Origin: Iphione sp. A-MEVVRFRX5
Lineage: Eukaryota
NCBI GenBank assembly: GCA_976226885.1
Contig: OZ320313.1
Coordinates: forward strand, 63,798,001 to 63,862,000
Reading direction: 5' to 3'
Length of the DNA: 64,000 bases
Shown piece by piece: positions 61,403 to 64,000 of the stretch. Under the pieces are notes generated by a model, which did not search any database, had not been told where the DNA came from, and saw nothing but the letters and a program-made list of their open reading frames with translations. Position numbers and translations under genes: made by a program. Numbering within the stretch: position 1 is the first letter of the stretch; each line of letters begins with the position of its first letter.

Positions 61403-62266
61403 CAGCTGCTAAAAGACCTTTCATTCAAGGTGTGAACTCATGTGGGCACAAACTCCTAAACCCTACATCAGCAAGGTCATGGGGGCAGCCAAGCAGTACA
61501 TTAGCTATGTGCTGTACAGACTGAGAGGGCACTAGTAGCTCCACACCCACTTTGGTTCATGCCAGAGAGGACGTGGTGTGATACTGGGGGTCCTGGGTTG
61601 ACCAGCACATAGGTTATTGGTGGTAATGAAGGACCATCAAGACCCTGTTTGATACATCCATGAGTGGGATCCACCTGTGGGCATTCCCATGGAAGAACAA
61701 CCGTTAGACATATCCGGGCCCATTGAGAGGGCAAGCAAGGAGCTTTACCACCTGAAGATACAACACCAGGCGCCAGACCAACAATGACAGGGAGGGGCAA
61801 AAGGGCATCCCCCGACCCAAGCAAGGGCTGTAAGGGACTCCCGTTCCTGTGACTAGGGAGACATGCAGGTGGTGTTACCCCTTACCATGATGGGTAGGAT
61901 GACGATTGGTCTTGACCAACACCGTGACATGCAGCCGAACGATCTGCACCATGTACTGAACCAGACAAAGGAAGAGGATCATCTGACTGACAACGAACTG
62001 CAACACCAAACAGACCAGATCCTGTCTGCGTTCCAGACCAGGCAAGTGTTGTGGGATGTCATGCATTTCCTGTGGTATGCCAGTATCGCGACAGAAAGAA
62101 AGTTGATGCCACCCATAGAGTTATGACGACAAGGGAGACAGGATTAGGGCAACCATAGGAGCCTCGTTACAAGCAACCATGACGTCAAAAGGTGAGCCTC
62201 TGCCAAGTTATTGAAGTCTGTAATTCTAGAGAGTAGGGACCCCAGAGGGACCTTCTTGAAAAAAAA

Positions 62267-63400
62267 ATGAATGCCATAGAGTTGGATTCTCAGTCTTTAG
62301 GATACCTCATTATCATGATTTTGGTATTAGCAGTATTGATGGGGATGTTAGGGTACCTGGTATGCAAGCTGGTGCCAGGTTGTGGGAGGAGCCAGAAGCA
62401 CTTCCTGTAGCCTGAGTGGCTCCATCATATGGAGGACACCGACATTCCAGGTACAAATGGGGGTGACCCTATGAATGTAGACCCCCAAAATCCAAACTTG
62501 CAGCAATGCTTTCAGGGCATTGATAGGCATCTTGCAAAGGTTACTGAGAATTTAAGTATACAGGGAGCCAAGCAAGTTGTCCCTAGCTTCGATGGAAAGC
62601 CTAAGAATTTCAAACCATGGATGAAAGCTATTGAACATGCTACCCTAGGTTATATAACTTAACCCCAGAAGGCCATACGATTCAAACAATGATTGGCTCA
62701 ATTTATGGTGGAGGGACCAGTAGCTGATTATATTATGCAGTATATCAGGGAACAAGACAAACAGTTACAGGGAGGTGATCCTCGTGACATAGAACTGAAC
62801 TTGACCCCTGTTGATTGGGACCAGTTCCACGTCCAGTCATTGAGAAGGTTTGGGGAAGTGATAGATCCTGTGCATGCTAAGGGTTTATTAAGGAAGTGCA
62901 GACAGAAGTCAGATGAAACTGTGTAGGTGCTCTCTGAATGACTATTGGATCTGACCCATGATGCCTTTACCGAGGAGGGAATGCACCAAGCGGCCGTGCA
63001 ACAACAATTAGTCAAATTCCTTACGGATGGGTTGAAGAATGCCAAGGTAGCCTGTAAAGTAATAAGGGAGGCCCCTGAGGATTTTGTAGCAGTGGTTAAA
63101 TGCACAGGAGGAGAGACTGAGGTCCTAAGGCACATTACTCTGAAAGGATGAGCTGAACACACCCCCATGGAGATTGATGCCATAGACGTAGGGAAAAAGC
63201 ACTTCCAGGGAGAGTGCTACTGTTGTGGGAAGAAAAGGCATGCCGCAAAGAATTGCTTTGCTGCCAAGGCCTAGCTGAGGGGCCAGAAGGAGGGTGGCCC
63301 AACAGCCCCACTTCCTAAGGTTGTGAAGAAGGTCCAATGTTAGGGTTGTAAGAAATATGGGCATTTTCAATCTCGGTGCCCAAATAAGCCTGCCAGTTAG
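62267..63400 (+). pseudogene. Gypsy gag with in-frame stops, preceded in frame by a hydrophobic small ORF
   Basis: VPSFDGKPKNFKPWMKAIE, CRQKSDETV, QQLVKFLTDGL, PMEID, and zinc knuckles CYCCGKKRHAAKNC and C.GCKKYGHFQSRC. Confidence 0.85.
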
Positions 63401-63418
63401 GAAATCCCTTACTATATA

Positions 63419-64000
63419 ATGCAGGATGACAGATTGCCCAACTATCAAAATCAAATTCAGACCTTTCTGTTGGCTCTGCGAATGAGTATGAGTGAGTCCA
63501 CAAATTATACACCTTTTTACTTGCTAAATGCAAGGGACCCAATATTGCCTTTGGACACATTGCTCCAGCCCCTCATCTCCACTTCAGAATTGGGCTGCCT
63601 GATCAGTGAAGCCCTGCAGTCTTCAATACGGCAATCCCTAACCATCAACGATCAACAATCTCCAGCCCAAGTTAAGGTATTATGGAGAGGAGCATCATAA
63701 GCTAGCCTTGCAAAGACATCATCAGGCAATGGCAGTTGTTTGCTGGAACATCGCTAAAGCACAGTGCCATATGAAGAAACATCACAACCAGCAAGCCACC
63801 AATGTGTCCTTTGAAGTAGGGGATCCTGAGTATGTCCAGAACCCCCTACGCCACCATTAAGTGGATATGATGTGGCAACCTTATGGTTGGGTTGTTGAGA
63901 AGCTTACTCAAGTCAACTTTGTAGTCAAGGATCAAGTGACGGGGAAGTTGATGAAGGTCCACAGTGATCACTTACGTTTGGCTAATCTTGACTGGTGGTT
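63419..64000 (+). pseudogene. Gypsy integrase C-terminal remnant (PR, RT, RNase H and most of the integrase core deleted)
   Basis: FLLALRMSMSESTNYTPFYLLNARDPILPLD and, near the window end, VKDQVTGKLMKVHSDHLR. Confidence 0.8.

Overview
AT-rich, repeat-dense animal genomic DNA of invertebrate type; the taxon cannot be fixed from the sequence alone. Two host genes face each other tail to tail, and both extend beyond the window. The first is the last four coding exons of an UNC93-like MFS membrane protein (+, 12048-27756). The second is the last six coding exons of a GH37 trehalase (-, 60821-46608), with GT-AG introns, consistent phases, both catalytic residues intact and a C-terminal transmembrane segment. 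Almost everything else is layered transposon debris: CR1/L2-type LINE relics, three copies of a tRNA-headed SINE with a Deu/Nin-like core, piggyBac, pogo/Tigger and hAT-like elements and MITEs, Penelope-like fragments with hammerhead cores, an internally deleted Gypsy element, and a 123-bp satellite array with an inverted partial copy. The two best leads are both inferences that need copy-level confirmation: (1) an ~850-bp CpG-rich cassette (45361-46213) holding an intact 161-codon orphan ORF and apparently bounded by two halves of a hammerhead ribozyme; (2) a Gypsy gag whose reading frame starts with a small single-pass transmembrane ORF (62267-62410). Exon and TIR coordinates were counted by hand; TE relic boundaries are approximate.
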